From contig OZ037767.1 of the NCBI GenBank assembly GCA_964035545.1, positions 11,418,581 through 11,482,580 on the forward strand: a stretch of 64,000 nucleotides of DNA, read 5' to 3'. The notes under the pieces were generated by a model. It ran no database searches, had not been told where the DNA came from, and worked only from the letters and a program-made list of their open reading frames with translations. The stretch's first letter is position 1. Every line of letters begins with the position of its first letter. Below are positions 17,190-30,507 of this stretch, one piece after another. This DNA comes from Bugula neritina (Eukaryota > Animalia > Bryozoa). The position numbers were made by a program, and so were the translations under genes.

Positions 17190-19691
17190 ATGCTTCTTTT
17201 GTTTATCCTTTGCCATCTCATTTCATAGGATGTCTGGAGAACATCCCGAAACACTGGCGCATACGTTTCATCATAGTCGACACCAGCTTGTTGTGTGAAC
17301 CCTCAAGCTACTAGTCGACTTTTGTAGTGCTCAATGTTTCTGTATTTGTCGTATTTAGATCTAAATACCCATTTGCAGTCAATCGTCTGACGGTTGCTAG
17401 GTACAGGAACAAGCTCCCATGTATTGTTCTCAACCAAAGAGTCGTTTTCAGCTTGTGCTGCAGTTAGCTATTCTCTTGACTGTAGGCTGGTCAATGCTTC
17501 TGCATATCTTTTAGCTTCTACAATTCCTTGGGCGTAGCATACTCTGTGACTGGTTTCTACTGCTACAGACGAGTTACTTATATATTCGTCTATACCAAAT
17601 CTTACTGGAGGGCGATGTGTGCGAGTAGACCTACGTGGTTCATCACAGCTTGGAGCATCAGAGTTGTTCTCACTCGGGGCACCAGAGTTGTCTTGAGTTT
17701 GCATGTCTACAGAAAACTCATTTGCATATGAAGTTGCCTCCACTTTTTTATTTGTAACTCTGGCACCAAACTTTGTTTCGTTGAATGTAACATCATGTCT
17801 GATTACAACCTTTTTTAGGAGTTGGGATTGTACAGCCGGTACCTTTTTGACTGTGAGGTATAGCCCACCAAAACCATATTTGCTGCTTTGCTATCTAGTT
17901 TTGACCTGAGTTGCTCAGGAATATGACTGTAAGCGAGACATCCAAATACTCTAATATGACTTATATTTGGCTTATGACCAAACCAGGGTCCATGAGGTGT
18001 CACTGATGTTGCTTTGGTGAGCAAACGATTTCTTGTGTATGCAGCAGTGTTGATAGCTTCAGCCCAAAATAACTTTAGGATATCTGATTGAATTATCATA
18101 GCTCTAGCTGACTCGCATGCCGTACGATTAAAACGCTCAGCAACACCGTTTTGCTCTGGCGAGTATTTTACAGTGGTTTGGTGTTGAATGCTATGTGACA
18201 ATAAATACTGTTCAAAGCTTTTGCTGGTGTACTCACCACCACCATCACTACGGATCGTACCAATTTTTAGACTTGTTTTGATTTGTCACCAATGCCTGAA
18301 ACTCCCTAAACCTATCAAAAACCTCTGATTTTTCTATTATAAAATACACATAAGAATATCTAGAAAAATCATCAATAAAAGATACAAAATATGCACTGCC
18401 TCCAATAGACTTTGTTTCCATAGGACCACAAACATCTGTATGCACTAATTCAAAAGGTCTACTAGACTTGATACCTACATGCTTACTAAAACATTTTCTA
18501 GTCATTTGCCTTTGATGCATGGCTCACACACATCTATACATGTACATTAGATAAATCTGCCCTTACTACTAATCTATTTTGTCGAGCAGATTGAATGCTT
18601 TGCATGCCAGCATGTCCAAGGTGTTGATGCCACAAATCATCATCACTAGCAGGAGAAGCAACTTGGTAGTTTGAGTAAAGAGTGTCCAGATAATATAGTT
18701 TATTGCAGAGTGTTCCTGTTGCATGCAGCTTTCCTGATTTTTTTTTCAGCCAACAGCGGCTATGTCCAAATTGTATTATAATATTTTTCTCTGCTGCTGA
18801 TTGTACTGAAAACAGATTAGCTTTCAGTTCAGGCACATGCAATACGTCATACATTGTGTTCAGCTTTATTTGTTGGCCTCTTGTGCGAGTGAAAATTTTT
18901 ATATTTCTGCTGCCAACGACTTCCAGCACATGACCATCACCAAGAGTAAATTTCTGTGGAATTTCAAAGGTGTTGTATACCTTAAATAGATCCTTGTTGT
19001 GTGTCATATGTGAAGTAGCACCTAAGTCTATGAGCCAGTTATTCTCCTTTTCCCTTTTTGATATGAGGAAGGCACTGTCAGTTTCCTCAATTGCATTCTG
19101 ATTCTGTGTTAGGGTTTAGCCTTAAAATATTTTTGTAAAATGCCCCATGCTTGCTTTGGTTCTGTGCAGCTGGTTATCAGATATAGCAAATTACCATGAC
19201 ATAGCAAATTGACATAGCCTTGCTTGATTTCTTTGTATAGTCCAATTTTGTTTGAGCACTAGCTGATTCTTCAAGCTCAGTTATAGAGCTATCAACATAT
19301 CCCCAGAGTTCTTTAGCAATCAAAAAATGCTTGAGTTTAAACTTCCAAGCGCTATAATTTTTACTTGACAGCTTGTCTACAGATTGCTTGTCTTCAATAA
19401 TTCCAGCCATTTCGTCTTTTTACTGTAACTAGTGCTTGAGATAGCGCTCTGGGCCCATAACCTGTTAGAGTTATAATTTGACAGAGCTCTTTATTGCACT
19501 GAATATTACAAGCAACAGAACTAAGAACAAAAAACATAATTAGCACACATAAGTAGATAGCTATAAAATTGCTATTACAGATAAGGATGTGGTAATAAGC
19601 AGCTAAGTAGGCATAAGTAGGCATAGGCATAAGCTGAGAAACAAAAGCACATTGAAATAACATCAACTGATTCAATGTGTGGCTATAAACA
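17190..19691 (-). mobile_element. Ty1/Copia LTR retrotransposon, 3'-truncated and degenerate
   Basis: Copia-type PBS GGTTATGGGCCCAG at 19449-19462 and a putative 5' LTR at 19463-19691 (TG..CA). Then gag (NYSAWKFKLK), PR (WLIDxGATSHMT), GAG-pre-integrase (LWHQHLGH), integrase (LVHTDVCGP, PEQNGVAER) and the start of RT (WELVP, CKWVF, DYDETYAPV). Integrase precedes RT. Confidence 0.92.
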
Positions 19692-21091
19692 TATTTACTG
19701 ACCACATAGACATACGTATTTAACTCACCAAGAAACAAACTGATATCATGTTAAAGCTGTTACTAAGCTCTGTTTAATCCTATAATTAAGGTTTATTGCT
19801 GAATAAAGAGTAAAATTATAAGCTTAATGTGAATAATTCCCAGTATTAATATAGTAATGGTTGCCAGAAAACTGTGGGCGAGGAAACTGAATTCGAGACT
19901 GCAAAATTTGCATTATATTGCTCATGAAACAATTTAAACACCAAGACCTGGCATGAAATTAACATACCTACATACAAAAATGACTGATTGGACAAGAGGT
20001 CAGTGGCTTAAAAATTTGTCTGTCCTCTGCTTTCAAATATGACCTTCTAGTCTGTGAAGTTATACGAAAGTACACCAATGCACAGTCACATATGCTTGAC
20101 TTGATGATCACAAAAGCTATAGCCCTGTATAGTCTGATAAAACAATAGGGTGGCCAAATACTCAATTTTTTTAACTCCATACCTGGATCATTGGACGAGT
20201 TCATTCTGGACAAAACTTTCCTCGCCGCCATAAGCTACAAGTAAAACGGGAAAATACCTTGAGCAACACCTTACAATCATTAAACTGCTAGACAATATAA
20301 GTATCATCTCAACAAGTTGTCTAAGTAACACAGATGAATTCGGGTAATTTCAATGACAAAAGACTACTCACTCTAAATGGTTTTAAAATCATACATTCCA
20401 AAGCGTCTACTGACTCTGGCTTCAGAACTGCATGCAAATCCCTGTGATCAACGGGTAAAGCACATCTTACTGAATAACCCAAACCAGGAAGCTGCAGATC
20501 TAGATATTCACCCTCTACTGATATTGCTTGGTCAAACCAATCTTTCCAGGTCAGCATCCTTAACAGAGGGAGGAATTCCCCCTTCCCTAACTAATAGTAA
20601 TAACACACCACACCTATTTGAATGAATTAGATAGAAAATTAAACTGTAGGCTTTTTTATAGTTTAAACTGCTGTTGAGTGGTACAACAAAACTTTAACAA
20701 CTTTTGATTTACCATAAAGTCATGGCTTTTCCTGCTGAAGACTGAAACAGTGACAAGCCAAACATTTGGAAACAAAGTGATATCATAATATAAAGTTTTG
20801 TATTATAATGTGATTAAACATAAAACAATAATATAAAAAGTAAGAATAAAAAACACAAAAAACACAAAAAAATAACAGCATAATAGTGTAGATTACAAGC
20901 ATAAATGTACACAGAAATTTAAATATAAAAATAAGCCAGAATACGAATACATATAATGTACAGATGCAATGCAATAAGAGTACAAAATAATAAATACATT
21001 TGAGAAAATGCTACCAAAATTGAAAAGAGAACAGGGCAGAACAGAGCAAAGCATTTGAGTGTAGTAACTGCGTCAATGATAATTGTCATGC

Positions 21092-24000
21092 CTACAATTG
21101 CAGAAGATGGGTTGTCACACCATCTTCATCAACTCTACGTTTGGCGTAGAAATATATCAGACCCCTTTTTTCTTGTTCATAAAAGTACATTTCCCCAGAC
21201 TTTATCATGAAACCTCTATTAACACCAGTTAGTCTCTGCTTTTTTTGTAGGACATCCATGAACATATCTTTTTTCTAATCATTCCGAGTCTTTGACAAGC
21301 CCTTGCTACTCAACTTGGTCTGACCACTTCAACCCCAGAAGAAGTATGTTTTTGAGTTCAGGGCAATTACCCCATCCCCAATAAACTCTGTTTTAAGCAG
21401 ACCAGGCGTACGTTTGTCAAACTTCAACTGAGCCTCACAGTACACTTTTCCACCTTCCACTCCTTTGACTGCATCCTCGTCTTGATGAAAGCATCTTCAT
21501 GAAAGCACCCAACTACCATAATTTTGGAAGTACTCTAAACGCAACTCAGGTCAGATGATCTTTTCCAATGAGGCTGAGAGACTCATATAACCACTGTCAG
21601 TATCCATGGTAACGTACTGAAAATCCTTCCTGTCCACATATCTAAAAGTTGCAATCACACATAACTATGTAGCTAGCGTAAATCACTGTCACCTGCGTGC
21701 ATAATTATTACAAAAAATATTCTCGTAATATCACCTTCAAATACTGTTTTTTCATCAATCTACCAAGAGTCGGCACAAACCACAACTTGATGATTTTATA
21801 TTTATGCAAAATATCAACTACACCAAACTGCATTGTTAAACTTCCTGATAAGCTAATCACACTGACATGTCCAAATGTGTTAGGCAGATCGCAAGCCAGC
21901 ATGTTGAAAGACCACTCACCTGGCCATGAAATCATAGTAGAACTCCAGCATTCCTAGCTTAGCATAATTCAGCACCGCAAGACCTATGATGCACGGAGTG
22001 GTGATTGTATTCTGAAAATATAACACCAACAATAATTTAATTACTCAAGAGTTTTCTCTAGGAGCTCCAATTTGAAATAATAATGATATTACATATGACA
22101 TACCTTGCACTTTTGTAGTGTCATTTCAAAGAAAATCTCCTCAATTTCTTCCATGTGAATGTAACAGTCACTTTTGATGTAGTTGGATGCTTTGCGACTG
22201 TCGTTTACATACTTGATATCTCTGTGCTTCTCCTGGTTAGTGATAGTTTTTCCATACACTGAGTTGCCCACAAGCTTAGAGGTTTTAGCCAGCAAAGACT
22301 TGTGTTCATCTATGTCATATTTCCTTCGATAATTAGAGACACTCTCCCCAAATGTTCTGAAGGATGCTACTTGTTTGAATTGTATGAACTGATATATCAG
22401 AGTAATTTCCAGGCCATGATCTAAATACCATTTAGCTAGCTTACTAAGTATGAGAATCTTTTCACCATACAGGCTGCTTACTAACATTCTTTGAGGAACC
22501 ATCAAGTGATTTGCGTTAATTGCAAAACCGTTCCATATGCATGAGCACTTAGATTTTTTCTTGAAACAAGTATGTTCTTAAAATTGGGGCACATTTCTGA
22601 AAACCTGTGTTTCAAGTGATCTGGAACTTGAACCGTACATTTGAAAAGCCCAAAATATTCCTCATTTTTTATCATGGTCAGCATCTGATCAAGCATTTTT
22701 GAACCACAATCTTTCAACTCGTTGCACTCAAATTCGAATACAAACTGCTTTGTTTCAACATCAAGCTCAACTTGTTGTTGCCAGTGACACTCAAATATTG
22801 TAATTAGGTTGTAGCCATGTGCCTTAATGTATTCTCCTTTATGCATTATAGAATGGAAGAGATCTTCCATGCTTCTGTTATTCACAGGGTTGAACAGTTT
22901 GCCTTGGGTTACAGGACAGTTTGATTTGCCATGAAACAAACAGCCATGGAACTGATATACTGTGTTGCTTTCCCTATAGTAGCCATCTACCGGGATTGCA
23001 TGCTGTCCAATTTTAACTCCACCTTTAAAAAACATGTGTTTTATGTATATATCTAGTGTATGAGACAGATATTTCAATCATGTCCATACGCTTGTCTCCC
23101 ATATTTTTTAAACAATTGGGGTTTGAAATCATTGTGTTCATATCTGCAAATCAGGTAGCCTGTGGGCATCTTTTGCATCATGCTCCAAAAATGAAGTGCT
23201 TTGGCATCAACACCCAGCACCTGTTTGCATAATTTTGCCTCACTGCCATAATCAAAAAACCTCAATTTTGTCACATTTGTTTTGTGGTATTTGTGAAATA
23301 CTACGGAGGGCCCTCCTACTAGGTTTTGTTTTACTAAATTATAAACATCCTTATTTCTTTCATCAATCATTGAAATGTCAAATTCCTACGATCAACTTCA
23401 GTAAACATCCAGCGCACTGCTAGACCTGGTAATGATATAGCAGACTTCAGCATGTCAATGTTTTTCTGGGCATAACTTTGTGTTTGTTTTTCTAGTGCTT
23501 CAATGAAGGGCTCAACATCTAGTTCCGCATAATATGTTAGATAGTCTTTCATTGTCTGCATACCTCTGCTATCCCAAACCTGCTGACAGTGTGCGTACTC
23601 TTCAGCTGTAATGTTACTTTGCTTAAGGGAGTTATAGAAGGCTTAATGGGGTCTGAGGTAAACTTGTTGGAGCATGTCTGGAGAGGTTAGCCATTCGTAG
23701 GAAAAATGACCGTTGTTGTCATTTCAATCAAATGCCTTAAGATATTTGGCATATGTGTATCCTGGAGCGATATAAATACAAATGTCAACAAACTTAAATT
23801 GGTCAGTTTGAATGTACTGCAGAGTGTTCACTCTTTGCACAGTGTACTTGATCTTGCCAGTGTTGTAAAGATGTTGGATTAACAAACCTTTCATTACGTT
23901 GAGGTCATACCGCCCGCCGTTATAGTAAACTACAGGCACAACCCTAAGATACTCCAAAAAACTTTGTTTCAGCTTTGCAACTGAGTTGGCTGCATATACT

Positions 24001-25720
24001 TGAGGCGCAGAAAAATTGCAGTCTTTAAATTTCTCCTCTACCTTACCCCTCTGCTTTTCAACTTCTATGATCTTTTCAAGTACATCGCTGTATGCTACCA
24101 ACAACTCTTCATATGCACAGTCAGCTATATCTGCTATGTAATTGACAAAGCGCTTGATTAATTCATGTTGATTGTTGTCAATAACAAAATGTGGGCCTTG
24201 TCAAAACTCTCAACATTAGAGCATACTGATATGCTTAATATTTCCTGGTGAGCTGTGTAATTGATACTTGTTGTATTCTTCAGTAGCTTTTCAAATATTG
24301 TAGGCTCTGGTGCATAGCATTTAGATGGGAACTTTAGTTGCTGTTGCACACCCTCACGTTTATGCCTTTTGAGGTTACTGAGCTTGGTGTATGATTTGGT
24401 GCAGGAAAGACAATCATACGCTCTATCGTATTGATCAACTCTCTTTCTCTTTATTTTCATGCAAGTTGAGATGAAGCTTTGTAGGGTAAGATAGCTTGGA
24501 GCACCAGATGACATTAGAGCTGAGATCAGAGTCTAATTGGAAGACAGTAATTAATATGTCAAGCAGACGCTCAAGCAGTGTCAAGTTTTCAAATTTTACA
24601 CCTTTGAATTTAGCAACCGAACAATTTAAATATCTTGCTTTTCGGTATTTAGTAAACAAATGCCTCACATACCTCTCATTTACTATGTAGCATTTGCAAT
24701 GACCTCTACAAGTGCAAGAAAGTTTCATAGCAAGGGATCTAAAGAAACACAGGTTGTCTCTGTAGATCGACTTAGATTTTGACTTTCTATTCATAGGCGC
24801 AAGAGCACGATGATGGACAATGTAGGATGGCAAGTGCTCAGGTCTACCTATTTTACCCATGTGCAAAATTTTTGCAATGTAGAATGTGAGGTTTGTGAGT
24901 AACTCTACAGTCCATGTGGAGTTTGGGCGCTGTTGTGAAATTTTCTGGAATATATCAATTTTTTTGTCATGCTTTCTAAGAGGTTTTGTAACTCACTCTC
25001 TGTTTTTATCAAGAGTGGTTTGTCAAAATAAGAAACATTGTTCACTGAGCTGTGGAAATAACGCAGTTCATTAGTTAACTTGTTCCTCAACACAAATCCC
25101 GCACTACAGTTAATTTTAACTCCACACCTAAGCTCTCTATGCCAAACATCTGTCAGTTGATCTGAAATGACAACTTTTCATCTATCAAGTTTATATTGAA
25201 GATGTCCAAAACTTTGTATTTTCTGTAGTAGGTTTTAATAGCACCTTTGTGTTTTGCTAAAAGCTCATTGAGGTCAGTGTTTGTAGACGATGCCTGTGCA
25301 TTGCTGTCAAAGTCTACAGTTGATGTGGTATAGGAGCAGTCGATACATATGAATGTAAAGTGGTACTCACAGACTTATTGAAATGAGTTTACAAATGCCT
25401 CAGGTAGCTATCACGTCTGGTGAAGCCAGCACTACATACATTGCAAACATAGCTATCATTTTTGCTTCTACAAATATGCCAATCAAAAGCATCTTTTCTA
25501 GTAAAACTCTTTATGCAAGTTAAACACTTGTTATTTGGGCTTGTACAGTGACTTTTCTTGTGACGTGTTAAAGCGTCTAATCTAGCATATACTTTTCCAC
25601 AAGTTTCACAGCTATGATCAACTCGTGTTGTTGAACCAGAATAAAAAGTTCTTTTGTGTCTTTGCAAACTCTTTTGTTGTTTATCTACACTCTTTCACAT
25701 TGATCGCATTAATGGGTCAT
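21092..25720 (-). pseudogene. Protein-primed family B DNA polymerase (pPolB #1) with N-terminal C2H2 fingers, a VSR-like insert and two spliceosomal introns
   Basis: Motifs: ELRYFHSS, YNGGRYD (ExoII), YAELDV (ExoIII), VGGPSVVF, GVDAxALHxWSM, KLVGNSVYGK, YAKLxMLEFYY, MDTDS, RTPGLLK, KLSSKG, YFYAKR. Many stops and frameshifts. Confidence 0.93.
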
Positions 25721-26436
25721 CTTGGGATGCTTTACATAACTAATGTTGACTAAAAAATTAATAAAAAATAATAAGATATTATAAAACTAAATAACTAAAT
25801 ATAAGCCACTATGTTTTACAATATTATCTAAAAACAACCAAGCGTAAAAAACATATTTGTGCTAGCATGCGTGTGGGAGTGATGGTTAATCCTGTAAAAC
25901 AGTAAGAAATTACTTTTTAGTGAATATCTCAGTGAAGGATTATGCATTCGTGTATTTTACATAAAACCATGGAATACATATTGAGAAATTTACACTTACG
26001 ATAGCTTTTAGAGAAAGTGTAGAAGTTTCACTCCAGTAATAAACTAATTCAGTATTTTTGAACGGTTAGCGGCAACTTGGTGGTGTGTTCACAACGTTTC
26101 AACAAAGTGAATATGTGGCAAACTTACAATCGCAAAAGCTTAGTTTAATCCCTGATAGCTCACGTTTAATCCCTTAGTTTAATCCTCGGATAGATAAAAA
26201 CAACATAACACCAGTTTCGCAGTAACGCGGCTAACATCCAGCGCTTTTCACGGATGCGTTACACCCACAGAACAACAAATCTTTACCGCTACCTGACACT
26301 AAAATCGGATTACATCACCTATATATATTTTTATGCTCTAGAAATGGTATAAAAACACCCCGGATCACTCATGGTAGTCAAAAAAGCTCTTGGAATCACA
26401 AGTGTGTCTACACAGACTCTACAGCTAACGAATAAC

Positions 26437-27042
26437 ATGGCTAATATAAAGAGAAAGCTAGAAATGATGAGGGAGCACGCTGCAAAGTTAAGGTTAGTAA
26501 AATATTTTTAATACAGCATTCGAACGCATGTGTATCTATAGCACATAATTATTGTATTGGTTGCATTACCGAGTAAGCATAGTTTATTAATGAAATTGTA
26601 AAGTATTTCACTGTTATTTGTTTTAGAAAATTAGATGCCAAAATGTTGCTGGAACAGCAACGACTGTAAGCTGAGCGAGCTATCCGCTGGTAGCGTGCTG
26701 GAAGTGAATGCGGAAAAAACAATTGACACCGTAAATGGTGAGGCACTACTCATCGAATTTAGTAGCACAATAAAAGGAGAGAGAGTTCAGGGAAAAGCCA
26801 TCATCCCCAATCGTATGAGAGAGGATGTTGTGGGGAAGGTCCCACTAATTCTATTGTACCATGGGAAAAATCTTGGAAGAAATGGCAAAGAGTTCCATCA
26901 CCTCACTGCCGTCGAGGTCAGTGGCACAGATCCCAGCACACTCTGTAAAGCCCCTCGCAAAAAAATCTTTAAGTTTGCGCCATTCGAAGCCGCCAAGGCT
27001 TCATTTTCGGATGATGAGAGTGATGAAGGGCAAACTACATGA
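26437..27042 (+). CDS. Small Polinton protein, putative OB-fold ssDNA-binding protein; probably two exons and possibly frameshifted
   Basis: TATAAA at about 26348, ATG 26437, candidate intron 26493-26626. The beta-rich ORF 26635-27042 reads KLSEL...T.NGEALLIEF...IIPNR...LLYHG and ends in an acidic tail, SDDESDE. Confidence 0.45.
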
Positions 27043-27448
27043 CCATGGCATACATATCATGCTGCACAAACATTATATTATTCTGTATATAAGATTGTTA
27101 CTTGTATCAAGATTTTGTGTTATGTTATATTATCATAAATCATTCTCAAGCGTATTGAGACTACTATGTAGCTAATAAATCATCTTAATATCTACGTGCG
27201 CTGAAGTCATTGGTTTATGTTCACAAATTGTTGGTGGTTTTCAAAGGTAAATGACCTCATGTACACTGCTTGTGAAAGGACAACTCAAGAATAATGTTAC
27301 ATGTGCATCACATTGAATGATCATGCAAATAACATTAGCTAGCAGTGCACTGATTTTAGGAGCACAATCAAGCATGAGTAAGCAAGCTATTCCTTTGCAT
27401 ACGAGTTTTATTCAAAAATGAAATGTGTAAATGAAAGTGCAAAACATA

Positions 27449-27995
27449 TTATAAATAATTAGGTTTGAACATGCATTGCTGGTCAGTAATTTCACTGACT
27501 TGATGTATTGGTAGAATCTGCCCCAAATTAGTGATGTTAGCATATCTTGTATCTAAATAGTATTTCAAAATATGATCTCTCTCTTCAGAATTATTAGCAT
27601 ACATTAGTACATCTAATATACGGGATAAACTATAGCCTCTACATTTTAACTGCAAAAATACAATAGAATATATTTCACACACATTTGTATTGTTACTTTG
27701 ATGTACAGTATCATTATAGATAATTTCTTTTATTAACCGACAGCAGCTTGTTGGCGAGGTCTTCAAATGATGGAGGCAGTCCATAAGAATCAAAATATTC
27801 ACATTTACCAGGTTTTGAAACAAATATCGCAATCCAATAGATTCCTGGTTGGTCAGCATTATCTGTATTACACACAAATATACTGGAGCATGTCATTTTG
27901 CATTTTACAAACTCATCTCTTGCCATAACGCCTCTAAGAGTGCTGAACGTTGAAGGGTTCGAAGACAGAATATAGCGTATGGGGTTAGTATTCAT
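27449..27995 (-). pseudogene. Adenain-like cysteine protease of the Polinton, frameshifted
   Basis: CNTD...PGxYWIAI...EYFDSYGLPP and Q....VC motifs; the catalytic His appears mutated to Tyr. Confidence 0.88.
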
Positions 27996-28000
27996 GAGTC

Positions 28001-29334
28001 TTAGGTTTTAGAAGCTCTGGTAACCACTCGACTAATATCTATTTGAATCAAGTCATCACTTTCTAAATAGGTGAACAGACTGAGTGTGCTAGCCAGGGGT
28101 TCCTTGAAGGTCACTTCTAAAATTGTAGTATTATTTCTAATGAGGTGAACATGTGACCTTTTGCATAGATTTCCTGTTAGGTCAAAAGCGTAGAGCGCAA
28201 AACCGTTAGAGTATTGAGCTCTTGTGATGCAATATCCTTAATCCGCGAAAGCTTTTCCAACAGTAGTCAGGAAGAGCATGTACGCTTGCATGAATTCCCC
28301 GTTTCCATATTCAACTCATGGTGGCTTATTAGGGATTGGTCATCTATTGACGTTGAGACTTATCGAGCTCAAATTGAAATATTTATATAAAAAAGTGACC
28401 TAATATAACTGCTGCTTTTTGCAATGTGCTCCACAAAGCCCAGAAGTATTCGTTTCGGTTCTTGTCTGTTCAGTATGAGGTTTATCTTTTCACTCTGTCT
28501 CCCTTAGGTGATAGAAAAAATCTGCGTTTCAACTTTGTTGATTGGGTATATTATAGTGGAGCCTTTGGTTAGCAGGTTCTTATGGCTGGATACCACACCC
28601 GGATTCACTCTCACTTTACGCACAAGTAGATCACACTTGGTTATATCTATTTTATAGCGAGTGTCAGTGGCGCTAGTTGTTCTTAGTAGGCAAAATTGGG
28701 GATCGGTTCTCAAAAGTTTCATTCGGAGGCTGCACGCAGGAATTAGGTACTTGTGCTGGCTAAAGAGTTCATTGTAGAGTCGTCCTACCATATCCACAAT
28801 TTTACTATCACTGATAATTGACTTTCTCGAGTTTAAATCTTCACGGTGTGCTCCAGTGAGCTGAATGGTATCTAGAGTGTTCAAGCTATCATGAAACCAA
28901 TGCGAAGCACTGAGGTGTGTATTTTTAGCCTAACTACCATAGCTCACGACTGTTTCGAGATAGGCTCGATAAGGGCAATTGGAGTAATATTCAACTTCAT
29001 GTCCATTAATAGACAACCTCAAAGTTGAAAACAGTGATTGTAGAAAGTTCTCTCCTGGTACTACATTTACATTAGCAATGTCCTTTTCTAAAAGATCGCC
29101 GTTTTCTAATTTAACTTTAGCCTTGACATGAATTAGAGTGTTTTGGAGGTCCAGATATTGGTCTTCATTTCCTTCTACCTCAAATTCAAGTGGACCGTTG
29201 AGTGAATCTCTAATTGGTCCAACCTCAGCTCACTCTCTAGATATGACGGAAGTTTGTGTAAATAGAGTGTTCAACATATTTAGTTGATAAAAAACGCTGT
29301 CGTTCGAGGAAAAATGAATTTTAGAGAAAACCAT
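28001..29334 (-). pseudogene. Polinton major capsid protein (double jelly-roll), degenerate
   Basis: GPLEFEV...YLDL.NT, FLQSLFS, PYRAYLET..SYG, GRL..ELFSQ.KYL, LLVRKV.V.P and YAFDLT motifs. Confidence 0.88.
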
Positions 29335-29351
29335 GTTTAGTGCGGCAGAGA

Positions 29352-29758
29352 TTAACTGAAAATGTTTTTATCATTGCTGCGTCGAGGTCTTTTATTGCTA
29401 GATGTGGTGCGCTTGGAAGATATTGATTCAAGCTTTCTCTTTCGACTGATTGGGCTATCAAAGTTTAAGTTTCCCGTTAAAATTGATAGGAGTTTTTTAC
29501 CACCGGTGGAAAAGTTTCTGACAGCAGCGCTCTTGAAATCTTTTCTGCTGATTAAATCCTTTGCTAAATTTGCACCACTGTCTATCAACTGCCTCCCGAT
29601 AGTTTTTGCTCCGCGCGTCACTGGCAAAAAAATCCTTCAATTCCTTATTCAAGTTGTATTGTGGTGCCTTTAAAAACGCTTAGACCATTTCCATTTTGTC
29701 GAGTGTAATAGTTTCGATAGAACTCTGAAGATTCATGCAGGTTGTATGGAACTACCAT
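29352..29758 (-). pseudogene. Polinton small basic core/cement-like protein (QxGxG family)
   Basis: YYTRQNGNGL..FKG...Q..xGIG, then P...GAK.IG..L..SG.NLAKD, with an R/K-rich tail. It lies between the penton and major capsid genes. Confidence 0.7.
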
Positions 29759-29760
29759 GT

Positions 29761-30507
29761 TTAGTTAATTTTCTTGAAATGAAGTGTTACAATCACCTTT
29801 CCGCTCTGAAATGAGGATTTCCGCCCATCGTCTCTTCTTATAACCACTTCTATGCTCTCAGTACCCGTATTGATAATTGGCAAATACTGAACATGCTGAA
29901 AACTAACTACCTGATTAAGTTCTTTATTGCGTTCTCTAATGGGAACTATGCGTAAGAGTTGTGCTTGGATGTCTTCAACAATCTGCGGCTCAACAAGGTT
30001 TGTGTAAACGTATAATGATATAAACTCTTCCGCTATGTCGCGCTGACGCTTGCCTTTTGTATCTCCAAATGCGTAGGTTTTGTGCTCAAGATTTAGAATA
30101 TTTGATAGATTATTACTTAGCTTTATTCGAATATCACTAGCATCAATTCTAACGTAGCAATAATTTTCAGTTTTATCGTAAAATATGCTAACAGAACTGT
30201 GCATATTGAAACCAGCAAAGCAGTGGTGCAATGCGGATATTACATCCTCAATTGTTCTTTACCTCTCTGATTTGATATTCAAAATCTTGAGACTAGGTGA
30301 CTCTTCTTGCTCGATAATCGTCTCCCCGTCAACATTGTTATCCCAAGAATTTGGAAAATGCATCTCTACCAAACCGGCAACCCATTTTCCCTCCAACCTC
30401 AGCGGACGATCAAGTTTAATAAGGTAATTGGCTAAGGTGTTGTCTGAAAAAATATCCAGCCAAGTATTTGATGGAAGCATGACATAGAAATCTTCCATTC
30501 TACTCAA
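29761..30507 (-). pseudogene. Polinton minor capsid protein (penton), frameshifted
   Basis: FYVMLPSN...F.DNT...L..PL.L.GKW..GL.E; LYVYT..VE.QIV.D....LLR; G.VIVTLHF. Confidence 0.9.

Noticed and set aside
19860-21060. ORF fragments and an A-rich tract left of pPolB (possible old L1/Tx1 3' end, or a Polinton terminus)
   Set aside because: No convincing motif, TIR or TSD; left unassigned.
25314-25370. Possible third pPolB intron (GTGAGT...TAG, 57 nt)
   Set aside because: The phases do not match; a simple frameshift explains the break better.
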